From Tubulanus polymorphus (Eukaryota; Animalia; Nemertea), in the NCBI RefSeq assembly GCF_964204645.1, contig NC_134026.1, positions 24,462,150 to 24,526,149 of the forward strand: a stretch of DNA of 64,000 nt, written 5' to 3'. How positions within the stretch are numbered: position 1 is the first letter of the stretch; each line of letters begins with the position of its first letter. The translations under genes were made by a program, and so were the position numbers. Positions 1-13,100 of this stretch are shown one piece after another. The notes beneath the pieces are model-generated. The model searched no databases. It was not told where the DNA came from and saw only the letters and a program-made list of their open reading frames with translations.

Positions 1-2060
1 TTGCCCTTGCAGAATTATGTATTCTGTGACAGAAGAGTCCATGGTTGAACCAGGCAGCCATATAACAACTTAGAAACCAGCGGTGAAAATGAAAGTTTTA
101 GGTTGCCTAGGGCCAAGGAAATGATTCACGTTCCGGGCACACGACCAGCCCAGGTGTGAAATCGTTGAGATTACAATAACAATTTCCTGGTGAAAAAGAC
201 ACCCCAGGAACCGCCGACAGTTCTATAGGCATCCAGCTGATATGAGTCATTATAATCAAGTTTCCCTATTGTCACTCGAAAACTGCGAAAATCACCAACA
301 TATTATCATATATTTATTCACCCCAAGACCGACTGACTCATCGTCGCTGAATATAGGCTTCGGCCCTAGATATTCATGAGTGTCCCCGAAATAAGAATAT
401 CATCGACAGATCAAAAGCGTAAGAGAAGATTCCGCTACGTATTACGCATGTACATGCAAGTTTAGAGCAGAAATTCAATGTCTCAAATAAAGGGCCTGTT
501 TCACAACACGAAATCCCAATTTTTCTATACGCATAAAAATCAATCTTCCTTAATCTGATGTTTAGAATAATCGCATTTGAAAGGTAATATACAACCATGC
601 GGTGTAAGTTCAAGTTCATCATCACATATGATCATTTGCTAATAATTGCAACCCAGAAAATTCACGCGCTAGATCACTTTCATTACGTGAAGTGTGGTGA
701 GAATGTAACAAGCAAACTTCACACAAGCCAAACATACTGATGAATCCTGGAATAAGGATAAACCTATTTTCAAAGCTGATGAACGATGGTTTTGCTTTAA
801 TACAAACCATATAAAACTTCATTCGTAGTTGCAAATTGTCGGCGATCAACTGGTGAATTAACGTCTGCACTCGTCATCTGAAACTTAACCAACGTTCGAT
901 TTGCCGGAATAAAGAAACTCGCTAAAAACCGATATTCATCGTATCCATGATTCGGTCTCGTATATTGAGTTAATTAATTCGCTGAAATGAAGTTATATGA
1001 AATGTTATTCACAGAACATCTCAAGCAAGAGTTCGCGGGTTTTCACTTAAATGATTTACAAAATCTTTAATTTTACAAATAATCAGCATCTGCGCACTGA
1101 AGTGAGGAGTACCCAATGATCAGCCGTAATGAATATACGATTGTAATAAACATGTTGTAGTCGGCAATGTCGTGATTTCATTTCTTTTATTTGTGGTAGA
1201 GTCCTGTGGCTACTATATACACTCTCTCGACACTGTCAACATAGACAGCGACTGGCATTATTTTCTGATCATATGTTAAAATAAACACTGATAATGACAC
1301 TGATATTGCGGTCGGGGACAATTTAAATTCATCGGTGTCACAAATGATCGCTATAAATGTCGATCTGATCTTAATTTGAGTTGGTAAATGTATACACGAC
1401 AATCTTGTTATTCACGTTCCCACGCATGCTTCTTCGCAGAGATCACTTGACATTTTGAAGTTAATTTTTTTCATATCAGGTTTATATATACGTAACGTAC
1501 CATTGTGACAATATTTGATCATATCAATACTGTACTGCCATTCACTATTGATATATCGCACTCATCCCTCAGCTGGCCAGGCGGTCCAATAGAATATACA
1601 TGAGTCCAAACTCATCAATTGCTTCTCTACGACTCGGGTTTTCAATTGATTATCATTACGCTTGGATTTGGGAACTGATGTATGTTGATTGATTTTTCAC
1701 CAATGCCAACCCGAATTATCGCAAACCTGGGAAAAGAAACTTAAAATGAAAAAATTGAAAAAACGCTTAGGTGGTCGCCACGTATTGTTAATTCACTACG
1801 ATATTTCCGAGCTTCCCAGGAAAAATGCAACGACTCATAGTCCAACATGGCAGAGAGTTTCGTATCAATTCTTCAAAAAAGTGTAGATTTATGGATTTGC
1901 AATCAAGGATTTGCTTTTAAGATCAGGCAGTTTGTTAATTCAGTGGCACAAGTACCACCGGGTCACACGGGATTTGTGGCCCCTGTCAAAAGTAATTTGG
2001 GAATTCACATATCCCTTTAAAAAAGCAAGAAGACCTCTTTTGTGTGTTTCAGGACCCGAT

Positions 2061-2462
2061 GTAAACAGTTTGCCGGTAGTTTTATGAATGACATGATCGG
2101 CTCGTCCGGACCGACTTTTAATATATACCGATACTAAAAATAGAATTTCTAGGATATTAGTCACAGTGCGCTTGTCAGCATTTTAGTGTCGCAAGAAATA
2201 TGCGAAATATGTGGAAACTCGACCTAAATCGAACCAGCTGTTTCATAGATGACTCAGCGCCACCGTGCGACATGTATTTGTTGTGAATGAAACATGGCAA
2301 CGCTCGATCGAAGCTCCTCTCAACCCACGAGCTAGTTGACACTGAGCCATGCGTGTTGCGCGGGAGCTCTTTATATATGTTACTAAAAATAGTTCTTCGT
2401 TGCTATTGGTTGGATTATTAATTACTTCCATATACGGCGCACGCTTGACATTTGGGCCAATC
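2061..2462 (+). promoter_or_regulatory. KLF proximal promoter: two MEF2 sites, FoxO site, AP-1/ARE-like site, CCAAT boxes
   Basis: CTAAAAATAG at 2134-2143 and 2383-2392; GTAAACA at 2061; TGACTCAGC at ~2250; ATTGG at ~2406 and GGCCAATC at ~2455; all within 600 bp of ATG 2653. Confidence 0.55.
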
Positions 2463-2652
2463 ACCTTGCACAACAGCAATATTTTGAAAATTGCCGGTGA
2501 ATCATGCATATTCTAATGAGTTTGACTGACCTATTACGAAAATCGCGAATGAAAATATCGTAATGCTCGAACTTCGAACAGAACTCGTGTTTATGTCGAA
2601 CTGTCAACAGTGAACAGAAAATAGCTGCTCTTAGATAGAGTACTCCATCAAT

Positions 2653-5275
2653 ATGGCGCAAGTGATGGATCCATTACTGACCACGACAAATCTTTACACA
2701 TCGGCTTTACTGACCAAGTATAACGACGAAAACATTGACATTCAGTCGGTAAGTGAATTATTTCCTTTTATTAGATATTCAAGCGTTTAAAGCTGTGGCA
2801 TTTAGTTAGCTTATACGCAACACGTGGTTGCATCCGAATTCGCAGAGTCTGAAGAGTCAGGTTTATTAGCTTTTTACACAAGACTAGCTGCAATTTAAAA
2901 CCATTTAATGACAACAAGACAAATCTAGATACTCGAAACTAATCGAGTTTTTAGAGAGTTACGTATCTTTAAAAAACCTTGAAAATGGGAATGATTCGTC
3001 AAATCTATGTTATACAGCTAACAGATGTATACACAATAGCTATAAGTCTCATCATCAGAGAACCGAACTGCAGCAGTAGGTGTATGCTAGCGAACATCTG
3101 CGCTGTTTGTAGCAGACGATATTTTACTGAGCAGACGACACGAATGTTATTGATCGATTGGAGTAGTCCCAATCCATCATATTCTCAACATTTAGTAAAA
3201 ACATAGTTGTTTTGAAAAGGATAGCATAATAGACTTCGTAGTTGACATTTTTGCAGTAAAATAAACTTATCAACCTATTTCTGTGCATTAGCTTGATAAT
3301 GATCACTCAGTGGCCTCCCTCTGACTCGAGAGGTTCGAGTCCTGTGTGTGAGTGTCGAATTAGTATTATTCTAGAGTAATACGAAAATAAATAAATATTG
3401 TTCTTATGACATGAGCTGGTGCTTGAATTGAAAAATCACTGCCCGGAGATATAAAATTGCAAACCTCGAACAGCATTGTTCGACTAATGATCGTTGTTGC
3501 ATTTCACACCTGTGGATGGTTAGTTTTGCATATGTAACCCGCTATCAATATTACTTGAAGCAAACTGATGGTAGATGTTAATAACGGTTCATAAAAGAAA
3601 CACGGTGTCGAATTCTGGGTGTAAATTGAAATGTTGCACGCGCTCCCAGTGGGTGGTTGCACGCGCTGCCTCTGGCTATATCATTGTACATAGACTCGTT
3701 ATTGGTTTCATTCTTCAACGATTTGGACAAAGAAATGTAACAAAAACGAAAAACATGTAATTTTTCTAAGTTTTGAAAATATTTCGAAATGAAAGGCATT
3801 AGTTCGAATACAGAATAAGACATTTTTCATTGCCGTTAGGTGATTTCCGATACGGTTTATAGCTGAAACTCCATTGACCTTTTTTTTTAAAGTATCAAAA
3901 TCATTGGCCTGATTGAATTAGTCGCTATCGTGCGTAAGCCGTGTTACGAGTATTTAACGCCTGTTGATAATAGTAATTCATCAAGCACATTTAGATAATG
4001 CATCACAATAAGATTATCAAACACTTCAGCAAATTCGAGGACAATCGTATTTTCTTCAATGAAGATTTTCCGCTCACAAAGAATTGGGCCGATTTTTTTT
4101 CTTTTAAAAATAACACTCAATTAGTCCCATGTAAAAACTATCGTTGACGAAACGAAAGAAAATCATTAGGCATTCTTGGTATCGCCTTGGAATCGAGGCA
4201 TGACTTTTCAGCGACACGCGATGTATTACGAACCACTTATCGACGGATAAATTACATAAAACAAGCTTGTTATCTTGTTCTGACCACTCGGTGTTTATCT
4301 ATTTTTCAGGCCTGGCAGGATGTTGAAAACTTCCTACAACAGGAGATGACTGCTTATGACAAGATGCTGCTCTCTGGGATGCAACACGATGGTATCCATG
4401 GCAACACATTTTACGATATGTCGTCCAGATTATCGGATGTTCCACCTCAAGAGACGTACCGTTTCCCTGAAGATTATGAATCATTACTGGATTTTGATTT
4501 TATCCTGAACAATACGGTAGAACACATGTCAGAGAATGTGAACTTCACCGAAGAGGGCTTACAACGGCTAAAACAGTCTAAAATGTCGTTACCGAACTTT
4601 CAATCAGCATTCATAGAGTTACCAGAAATTAAAGAAGAAAATTCGCTATCAGACTCTCGCTCACATCATATATCTAGTGAACAATATTCAGAATCGGGAT
4701 ATTCAGCTGGATTAATGCACGGGCATGTAAACATTCCCGGTCAATTATCACCCCCTGCTTCTCCAGAAATGACGGATGAACCGCAAATGTTAGATTTGCG
4801 TACAACGAAACAGCAACAGGACATGCTAGGCACTGCCACACAGGAACTTGTCGCCCGTGTCTCCCAGTCTCAAATGAAACCCATATCTCATATGATAACT
4901 CCTCCGTCGTCACCGCAGCTCACTGACTTGTTAAATTTATCCCACCAACAGGCGGCCCTCGTGGAGGGTATGCCAAAAAAGCGTGGGCGACGCAGCTGGG
5001 GCCGCAAGAAGCAGACGACTCATACGTGTTCGTACCCCGGTTGTAGTAAAACGTACACTAAAAGTTCACACTTAAAAGCTCATCTGCGTACTCACACGGG
5101 CGAAAAGCCGTACCATTGTAATTGGGAAGGATGCGGTTGGAAATTCGCGCGATCAGACGAACTTACACGACATTACCGAAAACATACTGGTGACCGGCCG
5201 TTCCAGTGTCAACTCTGCGAGCGCGCCTTTTCAAGAAGTGACCACTTATCGCTTCATATGAAGAGGCATATGTAA
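2653..5275 (+). CDS. KLF4: Kruppel-like factor, KLF1/2/4 group (exons 2653-2748 and 4310-5275, ~353 aa)
   Basis: Three C-terminal C2H2 fingers preceded by [44 protein letters not shown], nearly identical to vertebrate KLF2/4. The acidic motif [12 protein letters not shown] resembles the KLF4 activation motif. Exon 1 [13 protein letters not shown] ends at TCG|GTAAGT (phase 0) and joins in frame to ttttcag|GCC at 4310. The ORF-track start 4187 is intronic. The symbol denotes the KLF1/2/4 pro-orthologue. Confidence 0.93.
3305..3350 (+). mobile_element. tRNA-derived SINE head remnant
   Basis: CTCAGTGG (A-box-like) followed by GGTTCGAGTCC (B box) and ctgtgtgtg; no full cloverleaf; intronic. Confidence 0.35.
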
Positions 5276-7308
5276 TCGAAAATTTGCTATTATTATCATA
5301 TTCATGTGACTCAATATACACAGCGTTGGTTCTTGAGTGTCGATCACTCGTGCTAAGGACTAAGAAGACAATTATTATTTGGTGCAGTTCGAAATTGTCA
5401 GTATTTCTTTAAACGGTGCATAACCACGTGCGTTTTGTCATTTCAAAAAACCCGCTTTTTCCCGTTTTTCGCGCGGTAATTCTATTTCATTCAGAGACTG
5501 GTATTGCCTTCTCCAAAACTGCATCTGCTGGCTGAAAGATGCGCGAAAGGGGGCGAAGCGATGACCATGTCTTTCTATAATGCGAATAATACTCATTTTT
5601 TAAGTACTCCTATGTCCACAGCGTTTCTGTCCAAGCAATACACTACCCGGAGGTCATATCAAGTTGATATGCGTAACGGGTTGGGTATCATTTGCACAAC
5701 ATCTGTCCAAATCTAACGTCCGGAACGGGTGTAAAAACCACCAGTAAATTCTGAAACGCTTTCTATGCAACAACTTCGAAGTTGAATGCAACCGGCTCTG
5801 TATGTCTTTTTTGTACAACAAGAGATTTTTTCACGGCTATGATATAGATATGATTATATATGTAATATAAACAGCAGAATTGCAGTATTTTGGTGGTTGT
5901 TATACCTTTATTTCAATGACGAATCGAGCACATGTTTGTTTTATCTGTGATAACGTATATTTTACCTATATCTACATAAATATACACAGGGACTAGACAA
6001 AAGTATGGTATTTTAGGATTTCAGATTTATTGTTAAACTCAAATATAATCCTCTCTTCGAACTGGTGACGTCCGCTTTCGCTTTGATACTATTCGGCCTA
6101 CCTACTTAAATTCGTCCACACCAGTTTCTCAGTCCTGCCGATATAACTTTGGAATATGTATTTTAAAAAACTTACACCGTCCTGAGTTTCGTCCAATATT
6201 TAGTCAGTTTATGAGAAATACCGCAAATGATAGAAAAGTGTTTTCTGGAATCATGAACATTCCTATTCAAACGTTCTTGTAAAAACGGCATTTTTGACTG
6301 TCTCAGAATACATCCTATACTTATGCTTACATATCATGTGATTATGTATCAATGTTATTGGTTACGCTAAGGTTACGAAAATCATTAATTGGGATGATGG
6401 ACATTAGATCCGTGTACTTTCCTTCACGTCTTCTTGAATTATTTGGTTGTGACCAAGATACTTGTATTAAATGTTTTCCAAATTTCGATGGCTTTGGTTC
6501 GTTATGATGTGTGTACATATATTGTCCTGTTAACAAGACAGCCAGCACTCCGGCTAGCCTACCTTTAATAACGGCTGTCATCGTTGACTAAATTTACGTG
6601 CATTTGTTTAAATTAATTATCGCAGGGTAGAGTGAGTTTCCCTGACTGTCCACATATACACACGCTATGAAAATAATCTGGTCAAAACGTCTGTGACGTC
6701 ATATAGTCTTCGTGCAATCGCTGTAAATAGTGTCGATATATAAATGATATATATCTATTATATATGTACAGTAATTTATTTACCAATGAGGTCTCGTACA
6801 TGTTGTCGTTTTTATTCGTGAGAAATAACTACCATGCCAAAAAGACATCTTTGGTGATATTTCTTTTCAATCGACACTTTATGGTAGATGATGTTGATCA
6901 AAAATACGAATTTTGTCACGTTTATTTCTTTTTTTTTTGTATGGATATATACATACATACGAATATGATAATTTAAGGAGTATATTATGATATGTACGGT
7001 GTATATAGAAAAAAAATGATATTTTTAAATATCTAGACAAGATTTTCTGGATAATTTTGTTAATAACTTATAAATGTGAACAAAAGAAGAAAATGTGAAC
7101 AAATAAACTTCTTTTGACAAGTGAAAAAGATCGTGAACTTTCTTTCTTTCTCCAATAATTTTCGTTACTCTTCCCAAAAGATATCTCTTGTCTGGAAGTG
7201 GAACCAACGGCACTGACTAGATCCGGAGCTGGGAATATTGTGGCTAATCAGCTATGGAGTAGATGACAGTTCTTACATTTTGCTCAACGAGAAACATATT
7301 CATATATT

Positions 7309-7432
7309 CAGTAGAGTAAGACTCCGCTCGAGTCGGATCCGATCAATTCAGATGTTAGTTGAAATAATTTTTGTTACACTCCAGTCGGACACATTTTACG
7401 GTCCCAAAAGATTCGACTTGGGCGGAGTTTCG
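7309..7432. mobile_element. Degenerate MITE (Tc1/pogo-like)
   Basis: Inverted repeat actccgctcgagtcggatc (7321-7339) pairing with gattcgacttgggcggagt (7410-7428). Confidence 0.4.
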
Positions 7433-8514
7433 GATGATCAAATTCGCCTTGATTGAACTTCGGCATCCTGGTCGTTCTGAACAAATTTACAGCCAATCGC
7501 TTTGATCTGCACCGGGTATATGACCTATTTTGAACCGCAATACAGGAGAGGATGATATGAAGCCTCTGAATGAAATTATTCATTCAATGCTCTGTGTATA
7601 TTTCAGTTAAGAATCATTTCCAATCGAACTCTGAAACAGATATATTCGTATAACATAATATATATATTCTGTTAAGTGCCCTGCTTTAGAAACAAGGAGC
7701 TCTATAAGTTTCATAATGATAGAGTAATGGTGGTGATAATAGTAATGATAATAATAACATAGACAAGGTGACTATGGTTTTTGAATGTACAAGAGATTCA
7801 TTATTTCCTTGTTATTTCTAGTACTAGAGTGTATGTATTGAAACGATGCTTTGGAACCATTGGATTTATTCCGCTAAAACGATAAATTGAAAACGTGCAT
7901 TTCTTCCATATAAATGGATAAAAGTCATACATAAAAAAATCATCATGTTCAGCAGAACTATGAAAGATTGGCACGAATTGGCAGTATCCTCCTAGGGGCA
8001 ATGGATCTGAAGCGTTTCTGAAATACAAATTGGAAATATGAATATCAACCACTATTTCTCGAATATTGTCATTTTTCCAAATCATATCTGTGAAATTTGA
8101 GATAGTCTAGCTGTCCATAACACAAATTAGTAGCAAGAGCGGTTCCGTTTTGTTTATGCTTGTCTTTGACGTGGGTAAATTTCGTGACTGCCGTGAATTT
8201 GATACAGCAAAACAATCATATTGCGGGACATTCGAAATGTAGATCTACGCACCGAATTTACGTGAATAGATACTTGAGACTTTGAAATACCGAATTGCAA
8301 TCGTTACCAAATGATATGGCAGTACCAATGCAATAAAAAAGCCAGGCTTTCGTGTTTTAAATATCAAGACAATATTCTAAAGTAATACGTACATACAAAG
8401 ACGTCGCAGTTCAATTTGAATAAAGGTATTCAGGTATTATGTTAAATAGTCAGTTTTTAGAAATTAATCATTCGTGACTTTTTTCACACCTTAAGGTAAT
8501 GCAATATAGCGTGA

Positions 8515-10167
8515 CTACTGCTGCTTGCTCGGAGACCCGAAACCTTTCGAAAAGTCGGAAAGCTGTAAGATGGCAGGCGGAAGCGGGAGAACTTTGTTTC
8601 CGTTTCGTTCCGGCGGCCATTTGTATTTGACGCACGATAGTTGCATGTCACCCAACGTCAGTGGATTCATTTCCAATCTACGGTTAAGCCCATGTGGCCA
8701 CAAGCTGTCGTGTTTTAGGATCATATCATTGAAGTCTATATCGAGATATTTTGTTTCTTCGGTAGTCGTGAAATAAAAGTACCAGTCTTCGGCTTTTGTG
8801 CTCAATAGAAGAGCGGCTAGTTGCGGAAAATGGGAACATGCCGTGAGGGAGTCATTTATGCACTGTCGAACAGAGTCTAGAACATTTTCAGACTTGTCCA
8901 CGTACCGTAAATGAGGCATGGTCTTATGTTGGAAACAGAATATCCCCGGATGACCAATGTTTTTGTAAAGTTCAGGCTCATCAATTTCCGGACTCCATAG
9001 TAAACATTTCCTTACGAGAACATCAGTAAGACACGGTAAATTCATTATTCTTCCATTGAATTCATGGATGCCACGCATTATGTCAAGACCCCACCAGCCA
9101 CTTTGCAGCCTCGTATCTATTTTAAGAGCACGCACGTTGTCCTTGTCTTCTCTTTTAAAGATCTGAGCGTAGAAATCAACGATATGCTGTAAATTTGACC
9201 AATCTTCATCAGTGAACGAGTCGTGCCTTGTCTTAATCTCGTTCACCATTTCATACATGCGTCTTACGTCCTTCCCGTATCTTTCCAGGTGTTTATCATC
9301 CGATTCGACGATGAACTGTCGGTATTCGGAATAAGTGAGTCCCGAAAGTCCGGTGATGCGATCCTCACCGATACCATTGCCAGATAAGCTGGATTCCATT
9401 GAATCTATCGTTCGGTTAGCTATAGGTGGCCAGTGCCACTTTTTTGCAGATCTTCGAATTTCTGGAAGTGTCATCGGTGTTAACTGTAAGTTGATATTTC
9501 CACCAAATGGCCATAACGTATGGTGTTTGAAAATAGCCTCGTTATATGCCACGTCGATTGCGCCTTGGTCAGTAAGTGGTTCGAAATAGAACGCCCACTC
9601 ACCTGCCAGAGTCGACAACAGAATTGGCAAAAATGGCTCGAACTCCATTGTCGCACCTAGAGCGCCGTAAATGATTTTCTGACATGCGTCAAGAATATTT
9701 TTACCCTGTCCTACGTAACGAAAACATTGTATATTCTTATGTTGAAACACAAATATACCGGAATGGCTGATTTTTTCCGATTGTTCCATCATGACGTCAC
9801 GAATTTCAAACCATTCCATCTTTTTCAAAACTAAAGTCTGTTTCAACTTTTCGATGTTCATAGTTTTTCCACTTGGGCCATTAAACGATGACTTTTCGTC
9901 GGATCCCCACCATCCGCTGTGAAAACGTAAAAGTTTCATGTAAGTTTCGCGTTCTTGTGCTGTCATGGAAACGCAACGTTCCTTGTGACGTTTGTAGATT
10001 TCTTGGCAGGTCTCCCAATCGCCGACTTCAAAGTTGTCACTTCTTTCAAGAATTGAATTTTCGAGCATTACAGTTGATCTACTTCTCTTTATGCCTGCCT
10101 CTACCGGTTCAGGTGTAGCATGGCCCATTCTACCGAGCTGGGGAACGCTCAAACGATTTGCATCCAT
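8515..10167 (-). CDS. Uncharacterised 550-aa protein with two tandem degenerate GIY-YIG-like modules
   Basis: Uninterrupted 1653-nt ORF. Internal repeat aa ~81-248 and ~353-519 (SGWWG..., GIFxFQHK..RYV(G/D), LLST..(E/D)WxFYF, LWPxGxN, WPP). A splice acceptor (tatttctag) lies just upstream of the ATG, implying a 5'UTR intron. Confidence 0.85.
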   Translation of the reverse strand: MDANRLSVPQLGRMGHATPEPVEAGIKRSRSTVMLENSILERSDNFEVGDWETCQEIYKRHKERCVSMTAQERETYMKLLRFHSGWWGSDEKSSFNGPSGKTMNIEKLKQTLVLKKMEWFEIRDVMMEQSEKISHSGIFVFQHKNIQCFRYVGQGKNILDACQKIIYGALGATMEFEPFLPILLSTLAGEWAFYFEPLTDQGAIDVAYNEAIFKHHTLWPFGGNINLQLTPMTLPEIRRSAKKWHWPPIANRTIDSMESSLSGNGIGEDRITGLSGLTYSEYRQFIVESDDKHLERYGKDVRRMYEMVNEIKTRHDSFTDEDWSNLQHIVDFYAQIFKREDKDNVRALKIDTRLQSGWWGLDIMRGIHEFNGRIMNLPCLTDVLVRKCLLWSPEIDEPELYKNIGHPGIFCFQHKTMPHLRYVDKSENVLDSVRQCINDSLTACSHFPQLAALLLSTKAEDWYFYFTTTEETKYLDIDFNDMILKHDSLWPHGLNRRLEMNPLTLGDMQLSCVKYKWPPERNGNKVLPLPPAILQLSDFSKGFGSPSKQQ

Positions 10168-13100
10168 CTTCGAAATCAGTGCTAGAAATATAAATGAGAT
10201 ACTGGATCAGCAAAATAAGTAATCTGGTATTCTAGCATTCTTTTTTATTCATTTGTTTTAATTGATTAATTTTGATTCTAGTTTATTTGATTTGAATTTT
10301 GGGTTTCCTTACAAACTCACCACACACCGGGAATGCAAACAAAGGGTTTGATTTTGAAATCAAAGTATATACAAATATAGTTGGGTGATCGGTCAAATTT
10401 AGATGATTTTCTCCTAAATCGAAGTAGATGATTAAAAATGTCGGTATTCAGATATTAACCAGATTTAATCTTGAATGTATCCTTAAAATCTGTTCTTCTT
10501 AAGCAATCCTAATTGGCAAACAGCCTCTTCTTATTATCATTAACCACCGCCTAATCTTTAGATTCTATAAGTTTTCAACTTAATTTCAATTTTAAGAAGG
10601 TCACTATAACGAAAGAATAGCTAACTCTATAATACTCTGAAATACATCAACCCATACATCGACAACCAGTATGTAAACATTTTCTATTTCAGCAATAACA
10701 TGAAATTTTCTCTTCATTTAGATAAAAGCTTCGAGACCACTAATAGTACGGATGTAACACGGTTTAATGGATATATATGCAGAATTTCATATAAAAATAC
10801 AAGCCACTAGAATGATAATATGACGAATTGATAACAGTTAATAATTCGCGAATACTATTTCTTTTTAAATGCGATGTTGAAAAATCAAAATAATTACGTA
10901 TACATGTATTGGTATTATCATGGTACGTGCGTGAGCATCTATTTTTCATTATTGAAGAACGCCAGTCCGGATAAACCCCTCTCGATCAATTTATTGCCAT
11001 GTTGTCAATTTCAAAATCACATCCGGACTGAATACGTGTATCAGTACCAGGGAAAATTAATAAATCTGTACAAATCACTATGATGTTTTAAACTAAACCG
11101 CAAATAAACCTGGTAATCCCTGATATAAATAATGACCTGCGTTTATTTATATATGATATCACAAATCATGCATATATTTTCATCTATCCATTTGCCTTAT
11201 ACCTAACGTATATTTGATAACGAAGATACAGTACATAAAATATATATGCGACGTCCTTTTGCTATTCATCTTCATTATCGACGAACAGGCTGTGTTGTCC
11301 AAACGGATTTTTTCTCAATACACACGGAGAAAGTTGCTCTATTATATTGTTTATCAAAGCAAATCTAATTAATCTGATATTGGATGGTTCTGATGCGGAC
11401 ACGGACGCTGGGTCCGCGCTGGTAATCCTGACAAAATGCTTAAAGAAACAATTTCGCCACCAACTTCGCTCCTTACACCGGATTAGTTCCGTTTATACAT
11501 AGGAGTAAGCGAAGCGAATGGGCCGATCATTAACTCGTCTGTGATGCACTCGTATGAGTATTATACATATCATAATGATGCTGTTTCTGGAGGTCCTGTT
11601 ATCCACACTCCTTTCTGTCCCGATTTGACTTTTCTAAACCATTGAGAGTGATTTTCTTGTGCTCGCTGTTGCTCGTATATTATAATATCCACTGGGTTAG
11701 CGATTTTTGATTGTGATATATATTTGAATATGAATGTAACATAATCAAAGCCTGTTGCAATTATATTACCTGAATCACTACAGTTTACCATCAGTCTCTC
11801 CCAATTTTGTTTTAAATCTCCAATTTGTGGTAACCCTTTCTAAATTTTGTTGATGATATAATGGTACTAGCTGAAACGCTTATTTCGGTCATTTTCCCAC
11901 TCCGATCTGTGTAAAGATTGGTATTTCAAAAAAAACTAACGGCGATTTTGAACCCAGCGGCAGATTTTGCTTGGCTTCCTTTCGAAGCGAGTTTTGAGGG
12001 TCTTCGCTAGGAACTCAACTCCTTTGCTTTTGGTTCGTCGCTTGCAATTGAAGGCAATCCAGCGAACAATGGACACGTGTATTTTAACTTCTAAACAAAC
12101 GTCGTTTTCCGTCGCAAATTGCGGCGATTGTCACCAAAGAGCAGATAGCGGCATTGATCGAGTGGCGGAATAAATCGATTATCGACCAATCGATGAGATG
12201 CGGATTTCATCTGATTAGTTTCAGTACAGACGACATATCGGGTTGTTCCTAGTTGTATGAGACTTTTTTCAGTATGACACCGAACATTTGTTATAACATT
12301 CAAATGAAATATTCATAAGAAATGGTTTTTAAACGTATATACATATGTATATATATGTACATATACATTAGAAATTAGAAATCATTGTATAGGAAATTGA
12401 ATATAAAATTGAGCTTAAGAAAGATGAACTTTCATGATATTCATATTGGACACACGGCTGTATTCATCTATTCATTTAATCAATTTTAAGAATTGTACAA
12501 TTGTTTGACCTTATTGCTAGTTTCGAAATTGTCTGATTTCCTTAACCGCATATTCGAGAAATGCAAACATTTCCCTTGTGCCCCAATGATTCGTCTTACA
12601 GTCGTTTTGCTATTTAGTGCTAACGCTGCACGGGGAGCGTTTTACAAATAACTTCCATTTATGACTTATTTAGACACTAATGAAACCACTCTATTTACAC
12701 CGTTCAGCCGGTTCATAACTTTATATCCCAATGTTAACGAAATGATGGATCATTTTTTTGTAAGAAAAACCAAAAGTTAGACTAAGAGCGAATGGAGATC
12801 TCGATTTGAAACCTAACATGTACCGCAAGTCTTATGTTGCAGTTCATATGTTATAAGCCATCTTTAGCTTTTGATTTGAGAAAATTGGCAGCCGGATTAG
12901 ATGGTGAATTCAGGTGCAAACGAACCCTTCGAGTTTGGAAGGGGGCAACCGAAAAGCCCTCGATTCATCCATCTTTTATTAGATTGGCTTCTTTCAGTAT
13001 GTTGAATAATTCAAGCAAAAAAGGGAAGTTCCAAAAAATTAATCAGAGAGGTAAGAAGCACGTTACACCAACCGGTCCCGGACAATATCACTACAGTGCA

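Noticed and set aside
3305-3345. tRNA gene
   Set aside because: Only A/B-box-like pieces; no acceptor stem or complete cloverleaf.
4187-4309. ORF-track N-terminus of KLF
   Set aside because: TTG start within an intron; the real exon begins at the acceptor at 4310.
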